From the human T2T-CHM13v2.0 reference genome, Homo sapiens: 64,000 nucleotides of DNA. Each line of letters opens with the position of its first letter. The first letter of the stretch is position 1. Made by a program: the position numbers and the translations under genes. Shown piece by piece: positions 1-15,887 of the stretch. The notes beneath the pieces were generated by a model that saw only the letters and a list, made by a program, of their open reading frames with translations, did no database searches and had not been told where the DNA came from. The stretch is from the NCBI RefSeq assembly GCF_009914755.1, contig NC_060945.1; one strand, given 5' to 3'.

Positions 1-129
1 AACAAGGAAGAGCTTTCCATCAGAAGTGATCGCAGGAGACACTGTTCATTAGTTCAACTACTATTTTTCAGAGCACACCCTGAAAGTCAGGAGTAATACC
101 AGGTAATTTAGGGCTTCAAGAATGGATGA

Positions 130-1110
130 AACATGGCTACAACAGTAAAGGAGCTTAACCAAGCAAGAGAGACAGGCATGTAGAAGGCCCTGGGAACCCA
201 GAAAATGGAGCAGGAGACTCTGTCTGGCACAAGGAAGGTGGCTTTATGGATGGAGGTACATTTACACCTGGTCTGTAAGAATGGGTATGGTTTCGCATAG
301 TAGAAAAGGGACAAGGGAGAAAGACTGGATACAAAAGAAGGGGATTAGTGGTGGAGCAATTACAATTAGAGGAGGCAATAAAAGGAGTGGGGACATAGTG
401 TATTTTAGAGACCACAACCAGTGTCTATGGAGCTAGAATAAAAATTATCCGGGTAAGAAGATGAAGTTAGGTGTTGCTGGAAAGGTAGGATGCCGTGGAG
501 ACTGGACTTGGGATTTGACAACCAGTAACTGAAAGCCATCAATAACTTCTAGGCAGGGGAATAACATGATCAGATGCGTGTTAGAAAGATGACTCAGGAG
601 ACCACATATTTAAGGAAAACAATGGAATCACAATATCCTGGGACCATTCTGAATTTGGGGAAACAAAGAGAGAGAGAGAGAAAGAAAAGAATCAAAGATA
701 CCTTTTGAATGTCTAGCTTAGGTGAGAGGTTTGGTGGTGACATCCCTAATGGGGGAAAGGTCAAGTTAGAGGCAGAGAATCAAGGTCTGGAGATCTAGAG
801 AGATCCTGAGTCTGGGAAAATAAAGGTATGAGTCATCTACATGGAAGTGATAGTTAAAGCTATGGGAATGAAGGAGCTTTCCTGGGAGAACGTCTAGACT
901 TGTGATGTGAAGAGCCTTGAGGACAAAACCCGGGGGAGCACTAACGGGTAAGAGTGGTGCCAAGAAAGATGAGTCAGTGAGGGAAACAAGGAGAGGAGGC
1001 AGAGGATCCTACGGAGAATCAAGAAATGCTATAAGAAATTAGGAGGCAAACTCAGAGCAGCAAGGTGGGTGGGAGAATTGCAATAAGAGCTTCCAAAGTG
1101 GTTGTGGAAG
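130..1110 (-). mobile_element. L2 LINE fragments (ancient)
   Basis: Antisense L2-like motifs, e.g. 'gagtcatctacatggaagtgatagttaaagctatgggaatg' and 'atcagatgcgtgttagaaagatgact'; boundaries approximate. Confidence 0.6.
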
Positions 1111-1134
1111 CTAAGATTAGAAATTTGAATTCTG

Positions 1135-1469
<335 letters not shown>

Positions 1470-2149
1470 AGAAATTTGAATTCTGGAGGTGAAGTGACAT
1501 TGTCCACATAGGACAACATCCGGGTGCTGTTGTGGGAAATGTTGAGCTGAGATGTAGGTGAAAAGATCTAGCAATTCAAAGTCAAGGGTGATTCAGTTCC
1601 TCCAAGAAGAGGTTTACAGGAGGTTATGCACTGCTTGAGAGGAGCACATAGATGAGATGACAAGTCACTTGCTTTCAGAGGCCTGCAGACCAAGGTGGCA
1701 CCTGCATTTTCCCCACAATGGAGTGGCAAGATGAAGAAAGACCCTCCAACATGAAAGTTTGTTTTCGGGTTGGTTTATTGCAATATTGCAGTTGGTGCTC
1801 CTTGTGACTGTGAGATAGTCAAGGCTAGCGAAAGGTAATATACCCAAGGTAGAGTTTGTTCAAATCTATTTGGTTAGATATGGGCCAAGCCATAGCCTTG
1901 GCTTCCTGACCACTAAGCTCTCAGCCACCTAAGAAGCCGTCTTCTTCTGAAGCCCATTCCTATCAAGAGCCTATTCCTATCATTTGGTACGACGGTGAGC
2001 TATCCGGGGACACGCATGAAGAGGCAAATCTCTTCCCAAGCTCCATCTTCTGTAGAAGCCAAGCTTCTGGTCCTGCTCTTATCTTTTTCATGAACATTCG
2101 CCAGTCCCTGCTGTCACTCTTGCTCCCCACAGTCTCCATCTGGCCCCTC

Positions 2150-2950
2150 AGCCAGGTTCCCTTTGAAATGTAAGTTATATTGTAGCACTCCCCTGCTTAA
2201 AACTCTATTGTGGTTTCCCATCATGCTTAGACTAAAGCTGAGGGTCAAGGCCATGATCTAAAGGCCTTGCCATAATCTGTAGCAGTGGATCTCAATGTAG
2301 GGTGATTTCACATCCACCCCCAAGATACCTGGCAATGTCTGGAGACATTTTTGGCCGTCACAATTTGTGGGGAGAGGTTGCTAATAGCATCTAGTGGGTA
2401 TAGGCCAGGGATGCTGCTAGCATTCTACAGTACACAGGACTCGCCACCAGCTACAATGACAAACAATTATCCAGCCCCAAATGCCAATGGTGCCAAGGCA
2501 GGAAGACCCTGCCCTACAGGGCCCTCATACTCTGGTCCTGCCTATCCTGCGTACCCTCGCTGATGCATTCCTCCTGGGTCACTCTCATCCTGGCCAGTCA
2601 TGCTTTCCTCAGATGCACCATTGCTACCTTAGGACATTTTGTACCTTCTTCCTCTGATGCCTCCCCTAAATGTTCTCCAGGCTTGCCCCTTCTCACTATG
2701 CAGGTTTCTGCCAAAACGCTGCTCCTTAAGGCTTTCTCCAATTCTATAATCTAAACTAGCTCCTCCTCTCCCACTGCCCTCCTGCTTTCTTCACAGCACT
2801 TTGATCATCTGAAATGCTATGACTTAATGGCCTCGTTCTGTCTTTATCATCTGTCTTCTTTGCTGGGAGGTGAGCTCCCTGAGAGCACGGCTTTGTCCCA
2901 TCCCCAGAGCAGCACCAGCACTTGGTCACTCAAGAGATAGCTACCAATTA
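2150..2950 (+). mobile_element. L2 3' region interrupted by MER20
   Basis: 'ctcccctgcttaaaactct...tggtttccc' and 'tgagctccctgagagcac' L2 3' motifs on either side of the MER20. Confidence 0.6.
2283..2511 (+). mobile_element. MER20 (hAT-Charlie MITE)
   Basis: cagtggatctcaa...ggcaatgtctggagacatttttgg...ggccagggatgctgcta...ccccaaatgccaat...accctg. Confidence 0.85.
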
Positions 2951-4867
2951 AGTAAAGGGAAGAATGCCTGTCTGGGGCCTGGCTCCCTAAGATGCTGATC
3001 CTGGGGTGCAATGACAGGTGATCCCTGACTCTCTTAATACTCATCCAACAAGGACTCTTCAATTCGATTTTGAAGCTGTTTGGCCTTACATTTGCCTAAC
3101 ACCCACCCAACACAGCATAGGAAGGCCATTGGATCCAAAGGGTTACAAGTCATAGGACCAAATGCCAGGCATCTTGGATGAGCCTGCTTTGGTCAAAGAA
3201 CCTTCACTGCATTCTCCTTCACTCTGGACTTTGGGTTTTCCCATTCATGGGTTGGGTAGCATGACCAACCTCAAACACTAGATTCAAGTGCAATTTCCAA
3301 CCTTGTTTGGACTGTATCACGCAAAGCACACGCATGCATGAGAGTACACGTACAGGGTCACAGACATGTTATCATATAGGGCATAGATCCTCTTTTAGCA
3401 AGCCAACCACAGTGTTGGTCAAACTATTTCTATTACAACATAAATGCAACTCAAATAGAAGCAAGTCTCTGTAGTCTGAGAGTTGGGGAGAGGTGAGCCT
3501 GGTGGAAGCTCTTCAGAGTGTCCCACGGGAACCTAGTGTTCCTAAGCAGGGTAGGTTTGGGGTTCAATTTAATTCATTTACAGTGGAAACATTTTACAGC
3601 ATCGCATGAAGTTTTCTTTTATAAAGTAAATTTCGAACCCACCCATCCTCATAACTTCTGATCTCCTGTCAGTACCAGTTTTCTTTTTTTTTTCTTTTCT
3701 TTCTTTCTGAAGAGAGGTCTCCCTAGGGTAAAAAGTAAAAACAGCTTTTCCTGGAAAAGTTCATGCTACCCTCATTTACCTTTTGCATAACAAAAGCCCA
3801 GACTCTAATTCTGAATAGCTGTTTTGTGTAGTTGAACCAGGTGTCCCGCTTGGAGAGACTGAACATTGGAAGTCAGAGAAATGCCAATTTGCTGTGTTTC
3901 AAAATACTTTGTTTCAATTGCTGCCAAAGCCTGGGGCAAAATGCTATAATCTATTTCCAGTTGTAGCTTTTCAGCTGGCTCAGCCTATTTTTTAAAAAAT
4001 TTATTAACATGCCCAAGTGACAGTATCACTTATTAACCTTATTGATCTGGGAAAAATTTTGTTAACTATAAAACATATTCATTATTTGGGGTTAGTACTA
4101 GTGACTTCTTGACAGCAAAACATCCAAGTCTTAGAAGGTGAAAACTGATTTATAAATACATAGCAAACATGCTAATTAAAATACATCAGTGATGTATGTC
4201 TATAGATTAAATAATCAGATGATATTAAGTGAAACGGAGAAAGGCACGTTGCCACTGTATTTGAGGTAGACTACTGACACATCTGATTACAACATATTTT
4301 CAATTTAGAGTGTGAGAGAGACATTCTACCATTGTTAGTCACATCACATCTGGTCGATCCAGTCCTATATTTTTCTGAATGTGCCACATTTGCAAAGAAA
4401 GATCTTAAGGAAAAGGCAGCATATGGTTTGCTAACTACCAGAGACATGAAAGGCTTTCAGATAAATGCATAAGTCTCATTCATTCAACAAATATTTTCTG
4501 AGGATTTACTAGGGGCTAGGTATGATTGCAGATGCTGAGTCTGCAAAGTAAACATATATACTTATGTGAACACAGTATTCAGCACCTGGGGCCCTGCACT
4601 GGGATTTTATCAGAATTCTTAGACAGCATTTGGATAAGCTTATTCCTCATAGATCTCTGCTTTCTCTCTCCAAAGGATGAAGCTGAAGACTGGAGAAGTG
4701 TATACAATGGAAAGGAATGGGATCTGTAGTCAAAGATGTGGAATCAAACTTTGACACTTGACAAACTGAGTTGGCCAAATGGTTTTACATCCTTGAGTCT
4801 CAGGATCCTTCTTTATAAAGTAACCCAACCTCATCAGGGTGGAGTCATGGCAAAACAAGGTAGGGTA

Positions 4868-5502
4868 TATACATTGCTGGTGGAATGCAAAGTGGTACAG
4901 CCACAGTGGAAAACAGTTTGATGGTTCTTACAAGAGTTAAAGCTACCATACGACCCAGAAATTCCACTCCTACCTACATACTGAAAAGAATTAAAGACAG
5001 ATGCTCAAACAAATACAGGTACTCCTATGTTCACAGCAGCATTATTCACAAGAGACAAGAGATGAAAACAACCCGAACGCCCAATAATAGATGAATGGAT
5101 AAAGAAAATGTGGTATATACAGACAATGGTGTATTATTCAGCCCTAAAAAGGAATGAAATTTGGATACATGCTACAACGTGGACGTACCTCAAAAACATT
5201 ACACCCAGCAAAAGAAGCCAGATGCAAAAGACCACATACTGCATGATTCTATTTATATGAAATATCTAGAATAGGAAAATCCACAGGAACAGAGAGTAGA
5301 TTGGTGGTTGCCATAGGCTGCGGGAGAGGGAATAAGGAGTGATTTTTCATGGCCACAGAGTTCCTTTCAGGTGATGCAACTGTTTTGCAAGTAGATAGAG
5401 GTAGTGGTTGTACAACATCGTGAATGTACTAAGTGCCATTGAAATGTTCACTTTTAAAATGATCAAGATTATTTTTGAATTTCATCTGAGTTGAAAAAAA
5501 AA
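4868..5502 (+). mobile_element. L1MB 3' end fragment
   Basis: ORF2 C-terminal and 3'UTR motifs ('gatgaatggataaagaaaatgtgg', 'gaccacatactgcatgattc', 'ggttgtacaacatcgtgaatgtacta') and a short A tail. Confidence 0.85.
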
Positions 5503-5634
5503 TGAGTGTATATGAAAATATTCCTTATATGTTTTTAGTGACTTACCCAGGGTCACTCAGGTGGTTGGAAGCTGGGTGGATAAAAGGCTATGTAGAGAGG
5601 TCAGAGGGAGTCTGAATCTTCTAGTGACTCATTC

Positions 5635-6221
5635 TATTTATTTATTAATAATCGAGCAATAAACCTATATATTTGTGAACATCATGATGCTTTGATACAT
5701 GTATCCCTTGTGGAATGGCTAAATCAAGCTAATTAACATATGCATCACCCTACTTATCATATTTTTTGGTAGTGAGAACACTTGGTATTTACACTTTCAG
5801 CAATTTTTATGTATAAAACATACTGTTATTGACTAGAGTCACCATGCTGCACAATAGATCTCCAGAACTGATTCCTGCTGTCTAACAGAAATTTTGTATC
5901 CTTTGACCATCATGTTTCCCAACCCTCATCCCCAGCCTCTGGAAACCACCATTCCACTCTGTGCTTCTACGAGTTTGACTTTTTCAGATTCCACATATGA
6001 GTGAGATCATGTGGTATTTGTCTGTCTGTGCCTGGCTTATTTCACTTAACACAATGTTCTCTCTTTTTTAAGGCTGCATAGTATTCCACTGGGTACATAT
6101 ACCACATTTTCTTTATCCATTGATGAATCTTTAGGTCGATCTCCTAACTTGGCCATTGTAAATAATGCTACAATGAGCGTGGGGGTGCAGGCATCTCTCT
6201 GACATACCAATTTTATATCCA
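5635..6221 (-). mobile_element. L1MA 3' end, 5'-truncated, with retained TSD
   Basis: 'aatcaagctaattaacatatgcatcacc', 'gattccacatatgagtgagatcat'; TSD tctagtgactc at 5620-5630 and 6222-6232. Confidence 0.85.
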
Positions 6222-6232
6222 TCTAGTGACTC

Positions 6233-6400
6233 TTTCCTGACAGAGAAAAACTTTTCTCTGAACCTCCCCCAAATTTTCCTTCAGGTCTCACTGGCCAAAA
6301 CGAGGTCACATGACTATACCTAAATCAGTCATGACAGACAAATGGAGGGGGTTGTCGTTAGACCAGTCAGGCGTGGCTAATCCCTTTGCACCCATATGGT
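6233..6400 (-). mobile_element. Old MaLR (MLT1-type) LTR fragment
   Basis: 'tctcactggccaaaacgaggtcacatgac...cctaaatcagtca' motif. Confidence 0.5.
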
Positions 6401-6996
6401 GGCCAAGTGTGTGTACTTAGGAGGCACACATTTTGTGCTGTGGAGAAAGGCTGAACTTCCTCACAAAGACTCAGAAACACTTGGCAAATCTAAAGGACAG
6501 TCAAGAAGGAGACATAAAACAGATACAAAACTGGATACAAAATATGGTGACTGCGTTAAGAAGACCTCCCATTGGAGACAGCTTTACAGAAGAGATGAGA
6601 GTAGGAGAATGATTTAGGGAGAGAGGTGGGTGGTGAATACAGTGGGCCCTTGAGGAGAAAACACCTGGGAAGTCCTGGCTTGCAACTCCTACTCTGGAGG
6701 TGACCCTGGAAAAGTCTGGATTTACCCTGAATGAACCGAACTCTCCCCGAGCTTCATTTTTCTTATCTGTGAAAAAAGGGTAGAGACGCCTTCCTCACAG
6801 AGACACTGAAAGAATTATACTCGGAGATGGAAAAAAAATACTGCCTAATTTATGGTAAGATTAGAGACTGTTTAGTCTCTAGTCTTGACTGTCATCCCAA
6901 AATGACATGATTAAAGATGGGTTTTCACTTTATAATAAATATTGTTTAGTAATAGATTAATAAACCGACGGGCTTGAAAACAGTTCAAATATATTG

Positions 6997-7120
6997 AAAG
7001 AATAAAAGAAAAGAAAGAAAGAAAAAGAGTGAGAGAGAAAGAGAGAGAGAGAAGGAGGGAGGGAGGGAAGGAAGGGGGAAGGGAAGAAAGAAAGAAGGAA
7101 CGAAGGAAGGAAGGAAAAGA
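6997..7120. repeat. Polypurine (GAAA/GA/GGAA) microsatellite
   Basis: Seen directly in sequence. Confidence 0.9.
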
Positions 7121-7343
7121 AATTATCCCTTGAATGCCTGACTACCTTCACACCTAACATAATCGGAAGCAGAAATTCTGATTGGACGCTGAGTTCCTCA
7201 AAATCCCCCAAATGGAGTAATCACTGTTGGTTCCCTGCCCAGCTCCAACAGCACCCTGCCATCCTTAGAAATCTCCAACACATACACCATAGACTTGGCT
7301 CGGAACCACTCTTCAGGGTATTCATTTCTTGGTTCCTTATGGC

Positions 7344-7513
7344 CAGGACTGGACACATAATTTTCAGGACCCACTGCAAAATCGAAGCCCCTTGTTGAAA
7401 AAGAATTAAGGATCTCAAGGTGGTGACAGGGGAACATTAACCCGAGTGTGGACCCTTCTAAGCATGGGGCCTCCTGTTACTGATCAGGTCACCTGTTCAT
7501 GAAGCCAGCCCTG
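7344..7513 (-). mobile_element. MER45A-like hAT MITE
   Basis: Ends caggactgg...gaagccagccctg; internal 'ccccttgttgaaaaag...aaggtggtgacag'. Confidence 0.75.
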
Positions 7514-8161
7514 GCTACTCCCTACAGGTGAGAGATACAAATTCCTTAGCACGACATCCAGGGCTCTTCAGAAGGGGACCCCAGCCCCTCGTGAACACCT
7601 CACAGCTTCTATAATGTTTCCCTACTTGAGGGCCTTTGCACGTGCCCCTCTCAGGGTCAGGGGTGTGCATCCTCTCTGTTCCATCATCACACCCTCCACA
7701 CCCACCCAGCTCCTCCAAACCCTTAACCCATCTTGCTCCACTCCCTAGCCCCACACTCCTTAGGCAGAATCTGGTTCCCTAGAGTCCCCACTAAGCATTT
7801 GTCTCATGGCACTTAAACCAGATTTTTTATACCTTGGTCTCTTCCTATAAGAAGATGAGCTCCTTGAGTTCAGGGAATATTCTCTCCTTCTGTGACCCTG
7901 GCCTTCTCTCACGCAGTGTCTGCTGTCTGGGTTCATGAATGAGTGTAGGGCTAACCGCCTGCCTCAATGGCAGTAGATTGGACCATTCACACTCAGACAT
8001 GATCCTGGCCAGAACCTCTTGAGTCTATCGGCTGTCCCAACCTTGCCTCTGATGTTGTGTGGCTCCTTACCTCATTCCTCCCCCTTTTACTTGGTTTTAA
8101 GCTGCAGGGATGATAGTGCCTCTCAGATCTCAACTCTAGGCATTCACATGCCCATTATCGA

Positions 8162-8620
8162 GTGACTTAGTTTGAATTCCTCTAAAAGCAGACCCAAAGA
8201 AAAAGATTTGGGCCAAGTATTTTATTTGGCGGGTGATGCCAGGAAGCACTGTGAGGGAGCAGGGAACTGAGAAAGTAGAGGGTGGAAAGCTACAAAGAGA
8301 CACCTTGATTAGTACGTTCCATTTTAGGCAAATAGGACTCAGGCCTGCTGGGGACCCTCTGAAAATTTTTGGTGAACCCAGTCCAAGTGATCCTAACCAG
8401 AGGTGAAGAAACTGGGGTATTTATTTGCAACTGCTGCCTCTCATTGGTAATAGGTCACTCTAGGAACTTGCTGGCACTTCCAGTCTGTTCTATACCTGGG
8501 TGTGTGTCTGTGGTCAGAGGATGCCCTCAGCCAGGAGATGCAAGAGGCTATCCACATGGCTGCTGGCAGCCACTGAGATAGACTGCAGGGAAATGGGTGG
8601 GCCAGTGATGGCATCTGCTA
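8162..8620 (-). mobile_element. ERVL solo LTR (LTR16/LTR33-like)
   Basis: 'aagcagaccc...gatttg...tttatttggcgggtgatgccaggaagcac' terminal motif. Confidence 0.6.
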
Positions 8621-8697
8621 TGAAGAGGAATGGCAGTTAAAAATCCTTGGCAAAAATGTTCTGCTCGGATCATGAAACTTAGCCAGCGCATCAATGA

Positions 8698-9103
8698 CCA
8701 TACTAATTTCTTAGGGTTGCTGTAACAAAGTGCCACAAATTGAGTCATTTACTGTCTCACAATTCTGGAGGTCAGGAGTCCAATATCAAGGTATTGGACT
8801 CCTGGATCTGCTCTAGATTTCTCTCTCAGCTTCTGTAGCCTCAGGCATTCCTGGGCTTATAGGTGGCTGTTGTCTCTCTGTATCTTCACATCAGCTTTCC
8901 TCCATGTGTGCCTCTGTGTCCACATTTTTCCCTTGTTATAAGAACACCAGTCACGTTGGATTAGGGTCCACCCTGATGACCTTAGTTTAATATGATTACC
9001 TTTGTAAAAACCCTCTTTCCAAATGAGGTCACATTTCTTAGGTACTGGAGGTTTGGGTCTTCAACATATCTCTTGGGAGGGGGATACAATTCAACCCATT
9101 ATG
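8698..9103 (-). mobile_element. MLT1 (A/B/C-type) MaLR solo LTR
   Basis: 'ttagggttgctgtaacaaagtgccacaaa...ggattagggtccaccct...tttccaaatgaggtcacatt...acaattcaaccca'. Confidence 0.85.
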
Positions 9104-9908
9104 ACCAAATGAGAGAGATTACCACCATGCCCCACACGGTGGCCCTAAGTGGGCGAACACCTAACAAGGAATTGTGCACCTTGTTTAACTAGGTGTTTTA
9201 GAGCAGGTCCTCCAACCAACCGCCACTGTAATTTCTCACTTTGCTCACTTACATTAAAGAGAAAAGTGGGCCCAACTCTTTCAGCAGGAAGACAGACTAT
9301 CACCCATGTCACACGCAGGTAAGTACATGAGATAAAAGCCATTGTGGCTCACAAAAACCAGTGGGTAATTCTGTCCAAGTGGAAGATTAATTGGAAGCTC
9401 TTTTAGGCTAAGACTGAATATCGTGGGAGGTATGTGGCAAGCTAGGAGCAAGTCCACAGGAGAGTCTTTGTCAAAACTAAAGTAATTAAAGCCTTCAAAA
9501 ATAGGACCTTGGGAAAAAGGAAAAAGGAATTTGATAATTTTGCCTGCAGAGAAGCAGACTGAGGTGTGGTTCACAGTTCCCCCGCATTTGAAAGGTGGCC
9601 AGAGGCACTCCCATTCCTGCTGAGAAGAGCGTGATGGGAAAAAGGCTTAAACTGAAGGGGAGATTTAGGCGGATGAACTGAAGAATGTTCAGAGCCTACA
9701 AGGCATGGGCACTCCAGGATTGGTTAACTCACCATAAACACTTTGCTTTTGCACAACACTTAATGACTTATGCAGAGTCTCTCTACTTGCTTGTCTCATT
9801 TGATTCTCCTGACACTCCTTTGAAAGGGTAGGGTCAGACACATTGTACAAACTGCAAAGTGCAGTGATTTATGCTCTTAGCCTATACAATGCTTCATTTT
9901 CGCTAGTC

Positions 9909-10101
9909 CACGGTTCTTAACGTCAGCACAACTGACATTTGGGGCTGCATAATTCTCTTGTCGGGGGCTGTCCTGTGCACTGTAGGATGTTTAACAGCAT
10001 CTCTGCAATACACCACCCCCCAGTAGAGAAACCTCAAAATACATCCAGTCATTGCCAAATGCCCTCCTGAAGGAAAAGTCACCCCTCGCTGAGAATCACC
10101 A
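9909..10101 (-). mobile_element. MER20
   Basis: 'gacatttggggctgcataattct...gtcctgtgcactgtaggatgtttaacagcatc...gctgagaatcacc'. Confidence 0.8.
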
Positions 10102-10476
10102 GTGAGTCTAAATTCCCCCAACTACTGCTTAAGCCCTTTAACTATTTTTCTATCTCCTGGGGAGATAAGGAAGTATCGCTGTTCACCATATACACTTTTG
10201 AGACAGATGAAAAGACATAGTCACTGACTTCTGGGAGCTCACAGACCACTGGGAAATGGGCCTGCCTTCTCCCCACAATGGGGAGGTAGCCGTCATGTCA
10301 TGTCTTCAAAGGGCAGAGGTCACAGAAAGCCTTCAGTCTGCCCAGCATCGTCAGAAAGAAAAAATTTCTCAGAAAGGGGAGAGTTGAAACTAAAATATGA
10401 AAAGACAAATAGGGTTTATCTAATAGATATTGTCATTTGTATTATCTCAAGCTTTTAAACATAGTTTTATATACAC

Positions 10477-10695
10477 CTGGGGTCATCAGACTATGAGCCA
10501 GGGGCCAAATCAGGCCCACTGTCTGTTTTTATAAATAAAGTTTTATTGGAACACAGTAATATTCATCATGTATTTGTCTGTGGCTGCATTCCTGCTACAA
10601 CAGCAGAGTTGAATAATTGTGACAGAGTCTATATGACCTGTGATGTCAAAATACTTACTATCTGGGCCTTAGCAGAAAAAAATTGCTGATCCCTG
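10477..10695 (+). mobile_element. MER58A hAT MITE
   Basis: 'gggccaaatcaggcccactgtctgtttttataaataaagttttattggaacacag...ttgctgatcccctg'. Confidence 0.85.
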
Positions 10696-11769
10696 TCTAG
10701 GTCCTGGGGTTTGAAGTACAGGGACCTTTACTGAATGCTTGTCCTGTAGACTTGCATCACTTTTCATTGCTTTAGGTAAGATAATCTACTATGTACCAAG
10801 CTGTAAATTAAGTGGTTTGTATATGCCACCCAATTCTTCTGTTCAATGACCTTGAAAAATATATACTGTTATCCCAACAAATGCAAGGTCAGAGAAAATA
10901 ATAAGCTTGTCTAAATCATAGAATGAGTAGACAGGCAGAGGCAGTATTTAAACTCCCATTTTCTTGACTTCAATGTCATTAAAACACCATGAACCTCAGT
11001 TTCTTCACCTACCAAAAGCAAACAGTTACCTACCTTTCTTCAATTTACAAGCTTTCTTCCAAATTATAAGTGATAGGAATACTTCTAACAACAAAATGAT
11101 GTGTAGGTAACATTTATCCCCATTGTATAATTAAGTCCTAGGTGAGTCTTCTGCTCTGTATTTTATCACCCCTGGCTTTGGGACCAGCTGTGTCACATAT
11201 GCAAATCATAGCAGACTCCTTTTACATGGGTGACAGCTCACTTCAGTAGAAGCTTCCCTCCCCATCACAAGGCTAAGTTGGCAGGACCAGGGAAACAAAT
11301 ACAACTCAAGCTTGGAGTTAAAAGAGTCGTGAAAGCAGAGACATGCATAAATCTACTTTATAAAGGGTTTAGAGGTCCTAGAGGCCACATTAAAGACATT
11401 CCCTAAATCAGCTCATGATGGGGCTTCCTGGGTGGTGGTGGAGCTTGACATGCCCCAGAGATCTGACATTTCCTTCTCTCCACCCCAGCTCAACCTGGTG
11501 GGTGGGAGAGCTGGTGGGAACTGTGCAGGTGGCTTCAAACAGTGGGTAAGGGGATCTTGCAGCCCTTCCTTCCTTCTCTTCTTCCCTGGGTGTTCAATAA
11601 AAGGCTTCATTGGATGCACACATATTACTAGGCATGTGTGTAGAAAAATGGCAAGCATTACTATTAATTTTGGGGACAATTAATCACCAGTACGAAGCAT
11701 AATACACAAAGCATTTTAAAATCATCATCTCACTTGGTCTCTACAATGATCTTTTGTGGTAGGTGCTGG

Positions 11770-12195
11770 TATGCGGAGGCTGAAGCAACTCCATCTTGGA
11801 AGCTAATCTACCATGTTGGCTTCTGATTAACATCAGTTCTGGGAAGGCTTGTAAGATTTCCTGTTTGTCTATTATTTCCTAGGTAAGAGCAGATACTTAC
11901 TGTAAATCCTGCCCCTAGATTAAACAACCTTGGTGTTATCGTACTTCCATTGTCCTATACATCCCTTCGGAATCCCCCTTTCCCTATGGTCCTCAAGCCC
12001 TTGGTCTGGGGAGTAACAGCATAGGGATCAACCATCTCGTCTTGCCACTGCCCGAAATACAGACATGGCTTCTGTTCCTAAGTCCCTATTAAACTTTTCT
12101 TTCTAAGAAACTGGATTTGTCAGCCTCTTTCTTCACCTCTCAGCTTCCTTGGACTTTGGGGGTAGGTTTGCGTAGACATGCTCACCACAGACACA
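11770..12195 (+). mobile_element. ERV solo LTR (LTR47-like) splitting a MIR
   Basis: 'gaggctgaagcaactccatcttgg...ttctgattaac', ATTAAA near 12088, ends ...acaca; MIR halves at ~11680-11769 and ~12196-12310. Family name uncertain. Confidence 0.65.
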
Positions 12196-13371
12196 ATATC
12201 AGCTTCATTCTACAGATGAGGAAGGCAAGCCTTGGGGAGCTTAACCAACTTGTCGAGACTCATGTATATACCAACACTGAAAAGCAGATATTCCAGACTC
12301 CCAGTCATGCCACAGGCACACCCCTCAGTGAGAGGTGGGGTTTGTAGTTGAGGCTATTTCCTGCCCAGGGAGCAGGGAGGCATTCTAGCTTCCCTGAGCT
12401 AATGTGGTTCTGCTTGTGTCTGACTTCCAGGTCTCTGCCCTTTCCAAGCTCACTAGGATGGGCTTCGGGTGTGTCAAATGCCTCAGACAGTACAGATCCA
12501 CACAGAATGGGCATATGCAACCAATCAGTGTCATAAAAAAGAAGGAAATGACTCGGGCCCCCTGTGTGTTCAACATGTCGAAGGTATCTGTGCAGCAGAA
12601 GAAAGAAGGGCAAAAGCCCCCAGTGCCACAGGCCAGAGGCAGCAGCTTGGGCCCATGTGGGAGGGTTTGCTTTCCCCTGCCAAAGTGATGGGCTGCTGCA
12701 GCCTGGGGCTTGTGGGAATCCTTCCTGGGCCTGTGTGGGAAGTGTAGGCAGGGAGAGTGCTGCTTTCCCAAGCTCATCCCAGCTACAGCTACCTTTGTGC
12801 TCTGGGATTCAGGACCCCCGAGGGGGCTGGCAGGAGAGTCTCTGTTCTCGGATGGGTTGTCACCAGGGCATACATGGGAAGTGGGCTCTCTGGAGTCACC
12901 CTCCAGGGGACAATGCCAATTCCAGACACATTTACTGGAACCCCTACACTGATGACCTTTTGTTGAGGGTTGAATTATGTCCCCAAAAAAGATACATTGA
13001 AGTCCAAACCTCTGGTGTCTATAAATGTGATTTTATTTGAAAATGAGGTTTCTATGGACTAAATTGTGTCCCTCCCAAATTCATATTTTGAAGCCCTAGC
13101 CCCCAATGTGACTATACCTAGAGACAGAGATCTTTAGGAGGTAATTAAGGTTCAATGAGGTCAGGTGGGTGGGGCCCTAAACCAACAGGAAGGACTGTGG
13201 CCTTACTAGAAAAGGAAGAAAAAGCATTTCCTCTCTTCTAGTATAAAAGGACACAGAAAGAAGGCAGATATCTACAAGCCACGAAGAGAGACGTCACTGA
13301 GAACTGAATTTGTGTACATTGATCTGGAACTTCCAGCCTCCAGAACTTGAGAAATACATTTCTGTTGTTTA

Positions 13372-15887
<2,516 letters not shown>

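Noticed and set aside
12305-13040. Cluster of overlapping 60-158 aa ORFs
   Set aside because: GC-richer DNA is open in many frames on both strands, with no recognisable domain, and the longest ORF runs into an MLT1 LTR.
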